Below, one piece after another: positions 62,690 to 64,000 of a DNA stretch of 64,000 bases. The notes beneath the pieces were generated by a model, which saw only the letters and a program-made list of their open reading frames with translations, did not search any database and was not told where the DNA came from. The stretch spans positions 212,329,623 to 212,393,622 of the forward strand of contig NC_052149.1 of assembly GCF_902713615.1 (NCBI RefSeq). Reading direction: 5' to 3'. Each line of letters starts with the position of its first letter. The stretch's first letter is position 1. The DNA comes from Scyliorhinus canicula. Lineage: Eukaryota. Position numbers and translations under genes: made by a program.

Positions 62690-64000
62690 TAAAAAAAAAT
62701 AATTTTTATTGAAAAATTTTGATTTTATACAACATTGACGCACCTTAGTAAAATACCGAAAATAACAATAATATTAACAGTCATATACATTCGCCCCATC
62801 CCCATGAACAGCCCAGCATTTTAACAACAACGCAAATTAACACACTATAAAGTTACAGAATAAACACTACAATAATGCAACCCCCCCCCCCCCCCCCCCC
62901 CCCCCCCGGGTTGCTGCTGCTATTGACCAAGTTACCTATCTCTGAGCCAGGAAGTCCAGAAAAGGCTGCCATCGTTTATAGAACCCTTGTATTGATCCTC
63001 TCAGGGCAAATTTGACCTTTTCCAATTTTATAAATCCCGCCATGTCACTGATCCAAGTCTCCACGCTTGGGGGCCTTGCATCCTTCCATTGTAACAGAAT
63101 CCTTCGACGGGCTACTAGGGACGCAAAGGCCAGGACACCGGCCTCTTTCGCCTCCTGCACTCCCGGCTCTACCGCAACTCCAAAAATCGCGAGTCCCCAC
63201 CCTGGTTTGACCCTGGATCCAACCACCGTCGCTACCGTCCCCGCCACCCCCTTCCAGAATTCTTCCAGTGCTGGGCATGCCCAGAACATATGGGCGTGGT
63301 TCGCAGGACTCCCCGAACATCTGGTGCACCTGTCCTCACCCCCAAAGAACCTACTCATCCTAGTCCCGGACATGTGGGCCCGGTGCAGCATCTTAAATTG
63401 GATGAGACTAAGCCTCGCACATGAGGAGGAAGAGTTGACTCTCTCCAAGGCATCCGCCCAAGTCCCGTCCTCTATCTGCTCCCTGAGTTGTTCCTCCCAT
63501 TTAGCCTTCAGCTCCTCCACTGACGACTCCTCCACCTCCTGCATTACCTTATAGATGTCAGACACCTTCCCCTCTCCTACCCACACCCCCGAAAGCACTC
63601 TGTCCCCTGCGAGGGCAGCAAAGGGAATCCCTCTACCTGTCGCCTAGCAAACGCCTTTACCTGCAGGTATCTGAACATGTTCCCTTGGGGAAGGCCACAT
63701 TTATCTTCCAGTTCCCCCAGGCCCGCAAACCTCCCGCCAATAAACAGGTCCCTCAATTTGCTGATGCACGCCCTTTGCCACCCCCGAATCCCCCATCCGT
63801 GTTCCCCGGGATGAACCGATGGTTGCCACCCAGTGGAGCCTCCATCGAGCCCCCTGTTTCCCCCCGATGCCGTCCCCACTGTCCCCAGATTCTTAGGGTC
63901 ACCGCCACCACTGGGCTCGTGGTAAACCTCTTAGGGGAGAGCGGCAACGGTGCCGTTACCATGGCACCCAGGCTCGTACCTCTACATGACGCCATCTCCA
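62690..64000 (-). mobile_element. Relatively well-preserved Tx1/L1-clade LINE 3' end (continues beyond the window)
   Basis: 220-aa ORF with CARLSLIQFKMLHR..CTRC..HAHMFWACP (zinc knuckle)..KRWQPFLDFL. 3' UTR with a G-run, AATAAA and tail. Confidence 0.9.

Noticed and set aside
1-64000. CRISPR arrays, rRNA or prokaryotic-type systems
   Set aside because: No repeat-spacer periodicity, rRNA motifs or operon structure seen. The sequence is intron-containing vertebrate DNA.

Overview
Repeat-rich vertebrate genomic DNA, almost certainly from a shark or ray. HE1/V-SINEs and Deu-domain SINEs point to an elasmobranch, and a catshark is a guess. Three intact spliced genes lie on the + strand, all with GT-AG introns and matching phases: GDF9 (2 coding exons, 406 aa), UQCRQ (non-coding exon 1 plus 2 coding exons, 82 aa) and LEAP2 (3 exons, 80-aa precursor, 40-aa mature peptide). 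The ORF track misses LEAP2 almost entirely. This is the GDF9-UQCRQ-LEAP2 block known from human 5q31, but with GDF9 tandem to UQCRQ rather than head-to-head. The rest is mobile DNA, often nested. The main element is a ~6.5 kb env-bearing endogenous retrovirus with a tRNA-Ser PBS, a PTAP late domain, two zinc knuckles and protease/RT deleted, inserted into a Gmr1-type Ty3/gypsy element. There are also Mag-type gypsy relics, nested solo LTRs, PIF/Harbinger elements and MITEs, Tx1/L1, CR1 and Rex LINE fragments, Penelope-like repeats with degenerate hammerhead cores, and dozens of SINEs. I see no clearly new multi-gene system. The best leads are the ERV, the GC/Arg-rich GDF9 exon 2, a MITE carrying an NRF1/CRE cluster upstream of GDF9, and TE-made structures in the LEAP2 introns (an inverted SINE pair and a LINE 3' transduction). 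TE boundaries without a stated TSD are approximate.
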